DNA of 64,000 nt from Squalus acanthias (GCA_030390025.1 CM059433.1:26786001-26850000), one strand, 5' to 3'. Positions 26,187-39,079 are shown, numbered from the stretch's first letter. Notes: generated by a model from the sequence alone, not told the origin. Program-made: numbers and translations.

Positions 26187-27826
26187 GGAACAGTAGCATA
26201 GTGGTTAGCTTTCTGGACTAGTAATCCAGAGCCTGGACTAATGATCTGGTGACATGAGTTCAAATCCCACCACAGCAGCTGGGGGAATTTAAATTCAGTT
26301 AATTAAAAAAATCTGGAACAAAAATCATTAATAGTGACCATGAAACTGTCGGATTGTCGTAAAAGCCCATCTGACCAGGGCCCACACAGCCCAGTCGACC
26401 CTGCAAATTGCTCCTTACTAACATCTGGGGACATGTCCCAAAATTGGGAGAGCTATCCCACAGACTAGTCAAGCAACAGCCTGACAGAATCATACCTTTC
26501 AGCCAATGTCCCAGACTCCACCATCACCATTTCTGGTTATGACCAGAGGTGGCGGTACAGTGGTATACATTGACTCTGGACCCCATGAAGTCTCACAGGC
26601 AAGGAAACTTCCTGCTGATTACCACCTACTACTGATGAGCACTGGCCCAGAATGGGGTAAGGGACTTCAACGTCCATCAACAAGAGTGGCTCAATAGCAC
26701 CACTGCTGGCTGAGTCCTGAAGGACATAGTTGCCAGACTAGGACTGCGGTAGGTGGTGAGAGAACCAACAGGAAGAAAAAACCTACTTGACCTTGTTCGC
26801 ACCAAACCACTTGGCTCAAAAATGGACAACTGAGGTGAGAGTGACTGCCCTTGACATCAAGGCACCATTTGACCGAGTCTGGCATCAAGGAGCCCTAGTA
26901 AAATGGGAATCAGGGGGGAAAACTCTCTGCAGTCATACCTAGCACAAAGGTAGTGGTTGTTGGAGGTCAATCATCTCAGCCTCAGGACATTGCTGCTGCA
27001 GAAGTTCCTCAGGGCAGTGTCCTAGGCTCAACCATCTTCATCAATGACCTTCCCTCCATCATAAGGTCAGAAATCGGGATGTTCGCAGTGTTCAGTTCCA
27101 TTCGCAACTCCTCAGATAATGCAGCAGGACCTGAATGACAATCAGGCTTGGGCTGATAAGTGGCAAGTAACATTCGTGCCAGCCAATGACTATTGCCAAC
27201 AAGCGAGAGTCTAATCACTGTCAATAGCATTACCATCGCCGAATCCCTCAACATCCTAGGGTCACCATTGACCAGAAACGTAACTGGACCAGCCACATAA
27301 ATACTGTGGCTACAAGAGCAGGTCAGAGGCAGAGTGTGTCTCACCTCCTGACTCCCCAAAGCCTTTCCACCATCTACAAGCCACAAGAAAGGAGTGTGAT
27401 GGAATACTTGCCTGGATGAGTGCAGCTCCAACAACACTCAAGAAGCTCGACACCATCCAGGACAAAGCAGCCCGCTTGATTGGCACCCCATCCACCACCT
27501 TAAACATTCACTCCTTGCACCATGGATGATGCACGGCAGCACCTCCCAAACCCGCGACCTCTACCACCTAGAAGGACAAGGGCAGCAGGCGCATGGGAAC
27601 ACCACCCCCTCCAAGTTACACACCATCCTGACTTGGAAATTCATTGTCGCTGGGTCAAACTCCTGGAACTCCCTCCCTAACAGCACTGTGGGAGTACCTT
27701 CACCACACGGACTGCAGCGGTTCAAGAAGGCGGCTCACCACCACCTTCTCAAGGGCAATTAGGGATGGGCAATAAACGCTGGCCTTGCCAGTGACGCCCA
27801 CATCCCAGGAACAAATAATAAAAAAA
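26187..27826 (+). mobile_element. Chimeric non-autonomous retroelement: tRNA-SINE head + deletion-riddled CR1-clade ORF2 + LINE tail
   Basis: 26187-26373 matches the SINE head at 61452-61597/62996-63047. It is followed by endonuclease motifs (NIWG, RGGGTVVY, GDFNVH, LLDLV), RT motifs ([20 protein letters not shown]) and the family tail. Confidence 0.85.
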
Positions 27827-28519
27827 GGAGCATGTATTGGGAAATCACTAGTGTGCTCCCCACAATTTTCCATTCATTCAATTAAGGCTCCATGCTGGGA
27901 GTGCACATTTAGAAAATTAGCCCTTATGACTAGCTGCAAAATCCTTCTCTAGATGTGAAATGTAGGAAATGTTTCATTCCTAAGCACTGATTGTCCCTAT
28001 CTTGATGAGCACAAAAATTCACCAAATTATTTTGAAAAGCACAAAAATTATTTTTTTTAAGCTTGACAGTGTCATATTTAAAATAGTGCAAAAAACACAT
28101 ACATAGAGTCCAACAGCTTTGGAGCAAAATCTTGTTTGCCATGGCAATTGTTCACCAAAGCAAGAGTTTCAATACATCATGTGTAAACGTTTTAAACATT
28201 TCAGGCTGACAGTTTGTCGAAATAAAGAAAGCAGGAAGTTCAAGTTCAGTGACAATTAAGTTAGTTCAGTTTGAAGCTGCTGTGTTCTCAACAGTGATTC
28301 AAAAGCCTAGAAATTGGATTACGCCCTAATTCAGGCGTGATTCGGGTGAAGCGGCAACTAAAGAGGTTAGCGGCAAGACCAGTGTAAATTGGTCCGCCAA
28401 CCTGAATGGTGTAGACCTGGTTTATAGAGACCATCTAGAACTCAAAGTGGTCTCTTGCACAAGTGTGGCTTCACACCAGATGTTAGTATCATTCTGCTTC
28501 AGCCCAAAGCAAAGTTTAG

Positions 28520-28993
28520 GGTCAACCGTGGCTCAGTTGGTAGCACCCTTGCCTCTGAGTCATGAAGGTTGTGGGTTCAGGTCCCACTCCAGAGACTTCA
28601 GCACAAAAATCTAGGCTGACAATCCAGTGCAGTACTGAGGGAGTGCTGAACTGTCAAAGGTGCCGTCTTTTCAATGACATGATAAATTGAAGTTCTGTCT
28701 GCTCTCTCAGGTGGACATAAAAGATCCCATGGCACTATTTCAAAGAAGAGTAGGGGAGTTCTCCCTGGTGTCCTGGCCAATATTTATCCCTAATCAACAT
28801 CACTAAAAACAGATTATCTGGTCATTATCACGTTGCTGTTTATGGGAGCTTGCTGTGCACAAATTGGCTGCCACGTTTCCTACATTACAACAGTGACTAC
28901 ACTTCCAAAAGTACTTCATTGGCTGTAAAGCGCTTTGGGACATCCAGTGGTCGTGAAAGGCGCTATACAAATGCAAGTCCTTTTTTTCTTTCT
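28520..28993 (+). mobile_element. Deu-domain SINE (SacSINE1-like), full length
   Basis: A box TGGCTCAGTTGG and B box GGTTCAGGTCC; collinear with 771-1235. Confidence 0.87.
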
Positions 28994-29644
28994 TTAAAAT
29001 GGATGGCCTGGGAACAGTGTAAACTTCATATTTAATGTTAGTATGGAGTGGCAGTACAGTTGGTTCTGTGCTAACATCAATTTTAAGCAGCATTTGAATG
29101 TTGTTGGCCATAACTCTACACATGCTTACATCACGCATTTCTAAACTTTCACTGAATAGGAAGTGATGATGCAGAGCTGGCAATATATCTTAGGACTGTT
29201 TGCTGTGTGAAGACACTGGTCTGAGACCAGTATTTGTTATACAACAGCACCCTAAGAGATTCAATCAAGGTGCAGACAAAGCATAAATGCTTTACGCCTG
29301 GAAGCACCATCTTCCCTTGATTGTGGAGCACATTCCACTGTTCTTAAAGTTCAAACAATGGAAGATTAGCACTCAAATTTCAATTATAAGGAGATAATGA
29401 TGTAATTAAAACCTTAGCGTATGCATTCAGTTAGATGGTGACATGTATCTTTTCATTTTTATCTAAGTTACTCTAAGCAGGTGCACTGCAATGTAACTAC
29501 AGCTCTGCAGTATTATTTTTCATTTCTGATTAACTCATACAAGTAACTAATCTCCATTGTGATCCTGCACAGTGAGAATTTGATTGTGGAGCATTAATGC
29601 TAAACCCAATCTTGTACTGATTTGCAGAATGTCAATTTCCAGCA

Positions 29645-29878
29645 GCAACAACAACAACAACTTGCAGCTATATAGCACCTTTAATGTAGTAAAACGTCCC
29701 AAGGCGTTTCACAGGAGCGTTATCAAACAAAATTTGGCACCGAGCCACATAAGGAGATATTAGGACAGGTGACCAAAAGCTTGGTCAAAGAGGTAGGTTT
29801 TAAGGAGCCTCTTAAAGGAGGAGAGGGAGGTAAAAATGCGGTGAGGTTTAGGGAGGGAATTCTAGAGTTTAGGGCTCT
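29645..29878 (-). mobile_element. L2 LINE 3' tail
   Basis: Collinear with 24548-24795. Confidence 0.8.
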
Positions 29879-31280
29879 GAATAGGAGCGAGACCCATGGC
29901 CAGTTTTGCCTTTCAATCCCAGGGATAATTGAAGGGTCGCGGATGATGCCTCAGCTAGATCAGCAAATTCAGCGCAGACCAGGAACTGATGCTAGAACCT
30001 CCTTAACCTGTATGTTTCAATATCACACCAGCAAGGAATAAAACTTCTGTCATAACAGAAAACAAGAGAATGCCTTGTTTGCTCTGTAATTAACAACCCA
30101 ATAATTGTCATGTTATGATTCTCATGATTCAGTTTGGGGCTCGTTAATTAGAGAGAAAAATAAGCATTCTTGCATTTTTGTTAGAAGAAGAATTTCACCT
30201 CTGGCCCCATGCAAACAATCAACTGCAGTCCTTTTGAAACTTGTAAAAGCATTCCTTTTAAGTTATTCTGCCCACTTTAGTTTTTCCGGCTGAGGAGGCA
30301 GACTGGTGACATGTTCCTTGGTCTTAGCCAATATTGGTTTGTAACTGCCCACCGGGAGATGTAGGAGACAACCCTGGGTTGACTCTTCAACCATTTTTCC
30401 TTCCCTAGCTCAAGTGGGCAACTGGCTTCCACTTGTAGCTCCTTCTAATGACTTGGAAAATTACCATGTGCAGAGACTGCAGGTGCACACCTGTGCCCCA
30501 TCCCTTCATGATATAGCACATTATTAAAAAGCAACTAGGCTACTAAACAACTAACTTTTGATTATAAACATTTATGATCTAGATTTCACGTCATAGTCTC
30601 TTGATCTTGTGTATAGCCTGACTTTTTACTGTTGTAGTTTACTTGCAGAATATTCTGACTGTCCTTATCAAATATTGCTGCAGCTGAATATGAATCAACT
30701 TAGCTTTTGTTAAGATTGGCGATTAGACCAGCACATACATTTCCCATCATTACCAAATTACCATCACATCTGTTAGTATTTAGAACTTTCTTTCTTGAAA
30801 ACTGCCACAAAGAAAAATTTTGTTTGTCCTGGAAACCTGACTAGCTTTTTGAGAGGACTGCAAACTATTTGCTGCTGTTTGAGAAACTCGATACTGACAT
30901 TGTCAAGAAATACTACCTGTGGGATTTGATAATATAAGCTCTTGAAAAAAAAAGTTCCCATGTTCCTAAATCACACAACGCACCTCCCATTTTCTTGAAT
31001 TTACAACAGGAAATAATTAAGTGCAATTACCAGCAGGTCAGACGGTCATCTGATAAGAATAGCCCAGATCAAGTAGTCAGGGAAGGTCAGCATTGCTTAG
31101 CTCATGTGATGTTAACCAAAGTAAATGATGGGAGTTTCTTCCCATCAGTTGTCAAAATTCACAAAAGAGTGCTTACAGTGAATTAAAAAAAATCTTTTAT
31201 CACATAATATTCTGTTAAAAAGTGATCAGAGCTACAAAAATACTGAGAAAAGATGTTACTTTTCTGTTTTTAAAGGCACT

Positions 31281-31448
31281 TAATAGAGAATAAAGAATAC
31301 ATGGGAGTGAGTTACAAGGTTGTAATCTAACCAAGGGGTATAGATGGCATCATAAATTTCAACCACAAAGCTTGAATGGTTTATTACCTTCATCTGTACC
31401 CTTAGGTTAGATTACAGCCTTAAACTCACTCCCTCTTATTCGTTATTA
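31281..31448. repeat. Long imperfect inverted repeat (hairpin)
   Basis: Arm 31303-31346 GGGAGTGAGTTACAAGGTTGTAATCTAACCAAGGGGTATAGATG pairs with 31391-31433; weaker pairing extends outward and inward. Confidence 0.9.
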
Positions 31449-32582
31449 TTTTCTTTTACATATATGTACTTTTATCTGCTTGTGGGCTTCTTATTTCATT
31501 CATGAGCTGTGATGTTTGACAGCATACATTATGTTTTTGATGCATGACATGATACTCACAAAAAGATATTAACCATTTTTTAACCTGCTGTTGATTACAA
31601 GGATTTACAGCAATCAGCGCATATTATAATCGATATAATAGCAGAGTGAAATACAAACCAGTAAAAATAAACTCATTTCCAAAAATTGCAAAAAATGTGG
31701 CGAGTCCTTTAAAACTATTGGCTAACAATCGATAAATGTAGAAACAAAAATATTTAATAAATCAAGTGAATATTTAAAGTCAGAAAAATTGTCATGTTTT
31801 AAAAAGAGAACCACAAATGCTAGAAATCTGTACTCAGAATATTAACCCATCTTTCTTTTTAACGTGTGAATCAAACTGTTGTACCTTTCGAGTGTTTGTT
31901 TTTATATCACTTAATTTGTCTTATTTTGTCTTCTCTTTGCTCCTGAAGATGTTGAGCACATGCCCTTCCAGCAGGGCTCTCCGGATAGCAACCAGGGCCA
32001 GGAACTCTGGTCCATTTTCTCCTCGCTAACCTAGGGGCAGTGAAGTCATTTGTAGCGTCCATACCGCTGCTCCAGCTGAGATCAGCTATGTTAGCAGAGA
32101 CCAGTGATCCAACCTGGGGCTTTCCTGGTCTATTACATAGGATTTACAGCACAGAAAGAGGCCATTCGGCCCAACTGGTCTATGCAGGTGTTTAGGCTCC
32201 ACATGAGTCTCCTCCCACCCCTCTTCATCTCAGCCTATCAGCATAACCTTCCTGGTCACTGTGTAAACTTGCTGAGCTATTAGGAGTTTTATTTACAATT
32301 CTGACCAAAAAAGATGCGATGATATATTTTGGAAACAGTTAAATTCCAGTTATTGCCTTTTTTTTGTTTAGTTTTTGGAACAATAAATGCTGCGTAATGA
32401 CTAGCACTTGAAATCTGTGAATCTACAATAATTACACTATTGAGCATTAAATATATTAAAGATAAGGATTTACCATAATCGGCACATATCATAATCGATA
32501 TAATAGCAAAGTAAATTACAAATCAGTAAAACAAATGACTAATTTCCACAAATTGCAACAAAGTAAATTGTTCTGAGCCCTG

Positions 32583-35160
32583 TGGTCTGGAGTTTCCTCC
32601 ACGGGCGCATTTGGGAAATTGCACCCAAAATGCCCCTGAAATTCCGCCCGTCTATCCAAGGCGAAATTGCACCAAGAAGGCAGCACGGAGCGGTGAGCCA
32701 GCGGGGCCTGACTTGTCGGCGGCAGGCATGAAGAGGTGTCTGCTGATGGTGCAGCAAAGGGGCACAAGGACCCTGAGCTCCATCAACGACAATACGGACT
32801 TATCAACGGGGTGTCAGACTCTGCTGTAATGATCAGCAGCAGCACTGCACACGTGGTGCTTCAGCTCCAGGAGCCCATGCAGCCGCTGATTGCTTCTTTG
32901 GGATAACCAGCAGGTCCTCTGCAAGGGGATGACGAAGTAGAAGTCAGGGCCCCCCAACTCAATGGAAGCTGTCATCAGCTCTTCAGGCTTTGGGCGACAG
33001 ACTGGAGGGTCTCGTGGTTTTCAGTGTCCCAATGAGGCCTTGCGGGATCTGGAAGCTGCCAACGCTCCACCTATCAGTGGGCTGAGGACACAGGTCAACT
33101 CCACCCTACTGCGTCGGCTTGTGTGGTCCGAGTGGCTGATGCTCCCACCTCTCTGGGCGGCAGCACCACCCTGGGCTCCAGCCTTACAGCAGCAGGCAGG
33201 TTGCCCGAGGCAGCTCAGGATCTCAATCCTGGGATGCAGGCGGCCGCATCCTTGCTCCAGGAGCAGACAGCCTTGAGAGTCGGCAAGTCACAGGCCCACG
33301 GCCCAGCAGACCTACATTGCTCCACCACACCGCGTCATCCACAATGGCTGGTAGACAGCGCAGGGAGGCAACTGGTAGATAAACTCGTCTGTGCACAGGG
33401 GGCTAAGCGAGGTGCCTTGAGAGAGTCGGGGAATTTAATTCCTGTCTCTATTACGTCCACTTTGTCATCCAAAGGGGGAAGGGGAGCTGCCAGGCTGGAA
33501 GACATTTCGTTAAAGTTTAATACAATTTTTGCACAATTTTTACAAAGTTTACATCATTTGGTCTTACAAATTATTTCATTAAATATTTGCACCTGTACAT
33601 TGTTAGATTTTGAGAACTGCGAAAGAAGTTTAATTTTCTATATGTTTTCTATTTAGCGTTAACAGTTGAAGATTTAAATTTCTTGTGTTAGATCTCTTTT
33701 GAATTTGAACAGATCAGTATCTGCGTCTCCTCCTGCTCGCCGCCTCCGGGGGTGGTAAATAAGGGCGGAGCTCATTGTGTGAAAGTCCGCGCCACTGGCC
33801 GTGCTCCGACAGCCCGGACCTGTCGGCCGCCTCCCTCTGCTCCGGTTCCCATGGCGCTGCATCTTCCACCTGTAGCCGCTCCTCTTCTGGGATGTCGAGG
33901 CCGAAACCTTCTGACGATGTAAAGTGGTGCAGGGCGCAGGCAAACCATTCCCAATCCTGGCCGCTCTTTCTGGGAATACTGCAGTCCACCCCCCTAGACC
34001 CACCCCAATTGCGCTCTCGATGACCTGCCTGGTGGACACAAGCGCCTCAGTGCACCTGTCCTCAGACTGTGCCGCCCGAAATGCTGCCATGAGCCACAGT
34101 AGCAGCGGGTACGGCATGTTGCCAAGTCGCCAATCCGTCGACCGTTTCGCCTTCCCTGAGCACGCCTGCTATGAAGTAATGTTGCACGATGAAGGCAGCA
34201 GGATAGGCGGCCGTGTGCTGTGCATGGCTTGTGGCGCAAACTTTCACACAATGAGATCCACCGGAGGCGGCGACGTGCAGCCGGGCGTCACAGACTATCT
34301 GCACACTGAGGGACTAGAATCCCTTCCTGATCGTGTAGCTCCGCAGGTTTTCAAAGGGAGCCTCCAATGCCACGTGTGTCTCGTCAATCGTTCCAAGCAA
34401 CTTGGGGGGAGCCAATGATCTGATAGAAGGTCAGTTCCAGCGGTGCCACCTCACATTCTATGAACCCACCGGCCCAGGGCATCCCTCACTGCCCTTTGAC
34501 TGACCCGTCACAAGTGCCCCCCTGTGGAAGCCTGGAATAAGCCGGACCCATAGGAGTTTAGAGCCGTGGTGACCTTCACCTGCACTGCGATGGCCCTGCA
34601 GCTTATGGACCGAGTCTTAAGATCATTCTGCAGCAATTCACGCAGTCGGCCATTAACACCCTTAGTGAGTCGTAGGCGGCGCACAGCCAGCTCCTCAGAC
34701 ATCTCCTCATTTCGAGGCCTGTACACTCTGTGGGCAGGGTACCTGCAAGTGGGGCAGTATTTTCCTGCGGTGCTTAATTCTTTGGGCCTTGAGTCTCCAG
34801 AACTCTCTCTCCGCTCCCTCCTCCAGCATTACAAAGTTCAAAGGATTAGCCAGAAAATGACCATCCTTTAAGGTTTTTTTTAAAGATGTGAGTTCTTTAG
34901 CTGCAGGAAGGGCCTGAGGCTTTAACTCGCTGCTGGTCAGCTGATTGGCATTGGATTCATATGACCCGAGAATCTGGGAGCAATGTAATGAACATCCCGA
35001 ACAAGCACAATTGGCAGAAACTCGCCTTTTGGTGCTGTGGACGTGGCCAGTTTTGTGGGCGGTGACTCATTCGGGCGAAGGATTCCATGAACGCAGTTAA
35101 AAGATCGTGGATACTTGTGCGTATTGTAGTTACGAGCGTAACTCATTTACACCCACATTT
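32583..35160. mobile_element. Decayed PIF/Harbinger transposon: transposase remnant (-) convergent with the 3' part of the partner gene (+)
   Basis: ORF 34508..34726 (-) MSEELAVRRLRLTK...LLQNDLK...AVQVKVTTALNSYGSGLFQASTG is HARBI1-like, with a QIVCD motif near 34300. 32700-33000 is homologous to 41640-41990, and the left terminus resembles 40147. Confidence 0.85.
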
Positions 35161-36012
35161 CCGCAACCTTTTAAGCTGTTTAACGTTAAAAGAAAAGCTT
35201 TCACAAGATAATTATGGATAACGAAGGCCATTTGGCCCATTTTAGTTGATCCATCCAGAAGGATCCTAAAGTCCTCCCACTGCAGCATCCAGTTGTTTCT
35301 GAAATTATTCCAGCATTCTCGCCTCCACCACTCTGCCCATAAATCTATTCCATGTATTGATCGCTGCTTGTGTAAAGAACAACTTCCTGAAATCAATCTT
35401 AAACTTGTCTTTTATGTTTGAGCCTCTGTCCCCTTGTCCTTCTCTCGCAATTTACTCTTTCAAATATCACATAGCTGCTAAAATTTATATTAAACATTTG
35501 GGCGATGTTACACGTTAATAGCATTGTACCGTTACTATATAGTTTATTAATATCAATAAACAAATTAAATGACATTTTAAAAAATCAATCCTGGTGTGAA
35601 TTATAGTCATCCTGCATTGTGAATTATCTATTAAATTTACTGAATATTAATCATCTCTATATTAATGCATTGCAACAAAGCTCAGAACTTTTGGCAAATT
35701 ATTTAATTCTCATTAAAGTGACAGATGTCAGTACTAGGGGAATGGAATATTTTCCTCTTTTTGTGCCCAGTCAAGCTATCCCAGGTCAGTAAAGCTTGCT
35801 CTGAGCCAATAGAATAAACCTTGAACAGTTTTCTTTTTACTGAGGACTTGTGCCACCAGGAACTGTATTGAAATAGCCTAAACCCATTACAATTGGGCCC
35901 CTAACTACCAACAGAAAGAAGACTTTCAGTCTATCAAAAAGGTCCAAATTCAAGGCAGAGAAGCTAAAAAAAACGATTCAATTTCTGCTGTGCCAAGTAG
36001 CCCATGAAGATT

Positions 36013-36857
36013 AGGCTGGATTTTTCCAGCCCTGGGGAGGCGGGTTTGGAGGCGGGACTGCCGGAAAAATGGCAGAATTTGGGGGCGGGTGCCCAACCCG
36101 CCCCCAACCCGCCTCCATGCCATCTTGCCAGGAGGTGGGTAGCCGTTACGCACCGGGTCCCATCTCCTTGGAGGCGGGAAGGGATTACAGCCACTTAACT
36201 GCCTGTTAACAGCTAGTTAACAGGCAGAAAATAGGATTATCCCCATTTTGCCCACACAAGTACGGGCTTCCCCAAGGCTCCGAAACCCGCTAGGGTCACC
36301 GAGGCGAGTAGTGGGTCTGCGGGGGTCGGAGGGGTCCAAAAGTGTGCTGTGAAGGTGAGTGATGGGTGCAAGTGTGGAGAGGTGAGTATCTGAGGTCAAT
36401 GCAAAGTGTTAGAAAAAGTGTTCTTACCTTTGTTTCTTCCTGCAGGCTTCAATCGGTGGGTATGCAGAGAGTCTCGCACCTCCGCGGTAGAGATGACAGA
36501 TGGCCGTTGCATCCTCCAATGCAGCAACCATCTAATTTCTACAAAAGAAAGATTTTGATGAGGTCTTGAATTCAAGAACTCATCAAACTACAGAGAATGT
36601 CAGTGTTTGACAGCTTCACAGAGCTGTCAAATGATGACAATTCATCTGTCAAAAATTTTTGACAGATGAAACGTCATACGTTGATGTTCTCTGTAACCGG
36701 CTTTCCCTTAATTGGCCTGCTAAACCCGCTGGGCGGGCTTAACAAGGTCAATCAAGGGAAAATAGCATGGGATGGCCAGAAGTTGATGGAGGCGGGACTG
36801 AAACCCGACAAGTGGGAGTCCCGCCTCCAAAAGCTCCCCATTGGCAAAATCCAGCCC
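36013..36857. mobile_element. Harbinger-type MITE, family E
   Basis: TIRs AGGCTGGATTTTTCCA / TGGCAAAATCCAGCCC; flanks ATT/ACT; subterminal GAGGCGGG repeats shared with 61598-62992. Confidence 0.8.
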
Positions 36858-38444
36858 ACTGATCTTTAGTTTACTGGTAAAATTAGATTGTGTGTATAGT
36901 AATTTATCAGCTGGATCACACTATGAGTTGCTGCCGCAGAGGCTGTAAGCACAAAACTCTCAAGTTCAAAGGTAACAAAATTGATTAAGAATGTGGAAAG
37001 TAATTGTCAAAGTTATGTGGAAGGAATAATTCTTGATATGAAGAATGCTGATGCAGTTCTAAGGATTTAGTAGCAATTTGTTAATTCATTGACGTCCTCT
37101 TCTCAAATCATTGAAGTTGTCTGAATATTAATGCACTGAGGTTTTTGGATATTTATAGAATTTTGTCAACCAAAGCCACCAATGGCATAGCATTGATTAT
37201 AGTTTCATAACTGAAGAATTAGATAACAGAATTATAAACAATTTGGATTAATTACTTTTGATCCCTTTTACATACTCTCTCTTGCACTTGATGGTGCAAT
37301 TTCATTAGAGACCACAGAAGTAACAGCTATTATTTTGAACATTGTATATAATTTCAAAAATCCAACTCATGAATTGTAGTGCCACAATGCTATGAACTAC
37401 AGTCCATGTGCTGGAGGACCTGAAGTTTACATCTTTCCACTTAGTCAAATACCAGTCTTAAATCTACATACTTGGAATGGTCCATAAAGTTAAATGAAAG
37501 CTTCTGAAAATAATAGTAGCCTACAGTAATTTTGTTTTGCCTGCTCCAGATGCACTTAAGGGAAATCTAGATAAGTACGTGATGGAGAAAGGAATAGAAG
37601 GATATGCTGATAGGTTTAGACGAAGAGGGGTGGGAGGAGGCTCATGTGGAGCATGATCTGTTGGGCCGAATTGCCTGTTTCTGCACTGTACATTCTATGT
37701 AATTCTATGCAATATGTATATTTGATGGGCACCTTTACTGTTAATACAAACCCCTACTGAACACCTGACATTAAGTCATCTGTTAAGAGATCGAGAGCAA
37801 GTGAGGAATCCATTTTGTAAGTGAGGAATCCATTTTGTATTAAGCCCCTAAGGTTAAAATCTTGCTGACAGGGGCAGTCTTCACAGAGGTCACAAACATC
37901 CTGATCTCAAAGTTAAACAACACATTGATTACATTTAGATCTTAACTTTCTCACAATTCAGGCATACTTAGAGACTAACTTATCTGTAGCGTAGCCATAA
38001 TAGGGTGTATTCTATGCTTTGTTTAAAACCTAAACACCAAAAGCTTCTGCTAGACCCTGGGACCACGGATGATAGATGTTTACAGAGCCTGTAACTTTTT
38101 GATAAAGACGGGTACAAGCTGGGGCAAAGTGTATAAAGGTCACGGAATGTAATGTAGTTAGAAAGATATGAAAAGGGGTGAGATTGTAATGCAAGGTTAG
38201 AAGATGAAGCAGAAGGAAGAAGATTTAGAAAATTGAGCTCAATGGCGTGCGATCTTCTATAGCAATGCATCGCCATGTGTCCCGGAGTGTTGTCTGTGAG
38301 TATGTTCATTTAACGCTTAATAAGCTTGGAAGTGTTTGACTCCTGCATCTGGAACTCTCACTCCTGGTACATAGACAATGACAGCAGCCTCTGTCAATCC
38401 TTACACATCTAGTTTTTAAAGTCATGTTTAAGTACCAGAGCCTG

Positions 38445-39076
38445 AAGTCTGCTTCTATCTTCCTCATTGTGTCAGACTAAATTGTACCATTTAGTTCATA
38501 TTGCCTCTCCTCATTCTTCCTACCAAAATATATCACTTCACACTTCTCTGTGTTAAATTTCATCTGCCATGTCGCTGCCCTTTTCACCAGTCTGTCTATG
38601 TTCTCCTGAAGTCTGTTACTATCCATCTCATTGTTTACTACATTTCCAAGTGTTGTATCATCTACAAACTTTGAAATTATGACTTTATACCCAAGTCCAG
38701 GTCATTAATATATATCAAAATGAGCAGTGGTCCATGGGGAACACCATTGTATACTTCTCTCCAGTCTGAAAAACAACTATTCACCATTACTCTCTGCTTT
38801 CTGTCCCTTAGCAAATTTTGTGTCCATGCTGCCACTGTCCTTTTAATCCCATGGGCTTTAATTTTTCTAATAAGTCTATTATGTGGTACTTTGTCAAATG
38901 CCATTTGAAAGTCTATATACACAACATCAACCGTACTACCCTCATCAACCCTCTCCATTACTTCATCAAAGAACTCAATCAAGTTAGTCAAACATGATTT
39001 GCCTGTAACAAATCCGTGCTGGTTGTCATTGATTAACCCATGTTTTTCCAAGTGACAATTAATTTTGTCCTAAATT
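38445..39076 (-). mobile_element. CR1 RT fragment
   Basis: ORF 38677..39051 QHGFVTGKSCLTNLIEFF...DFQMAFDKVPH. Confidence 0.92.
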
Positions 39077-39079
39077 ATT

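Noticed and set aside
30655..30700. Possible BMP5 exon 2 (GCAGCTGAA, AAE-like)
   Set aside because: The motif is on the plus strand, and the surrounding sequence does not encode EFRIYK or FRFDL in any frame I could read.
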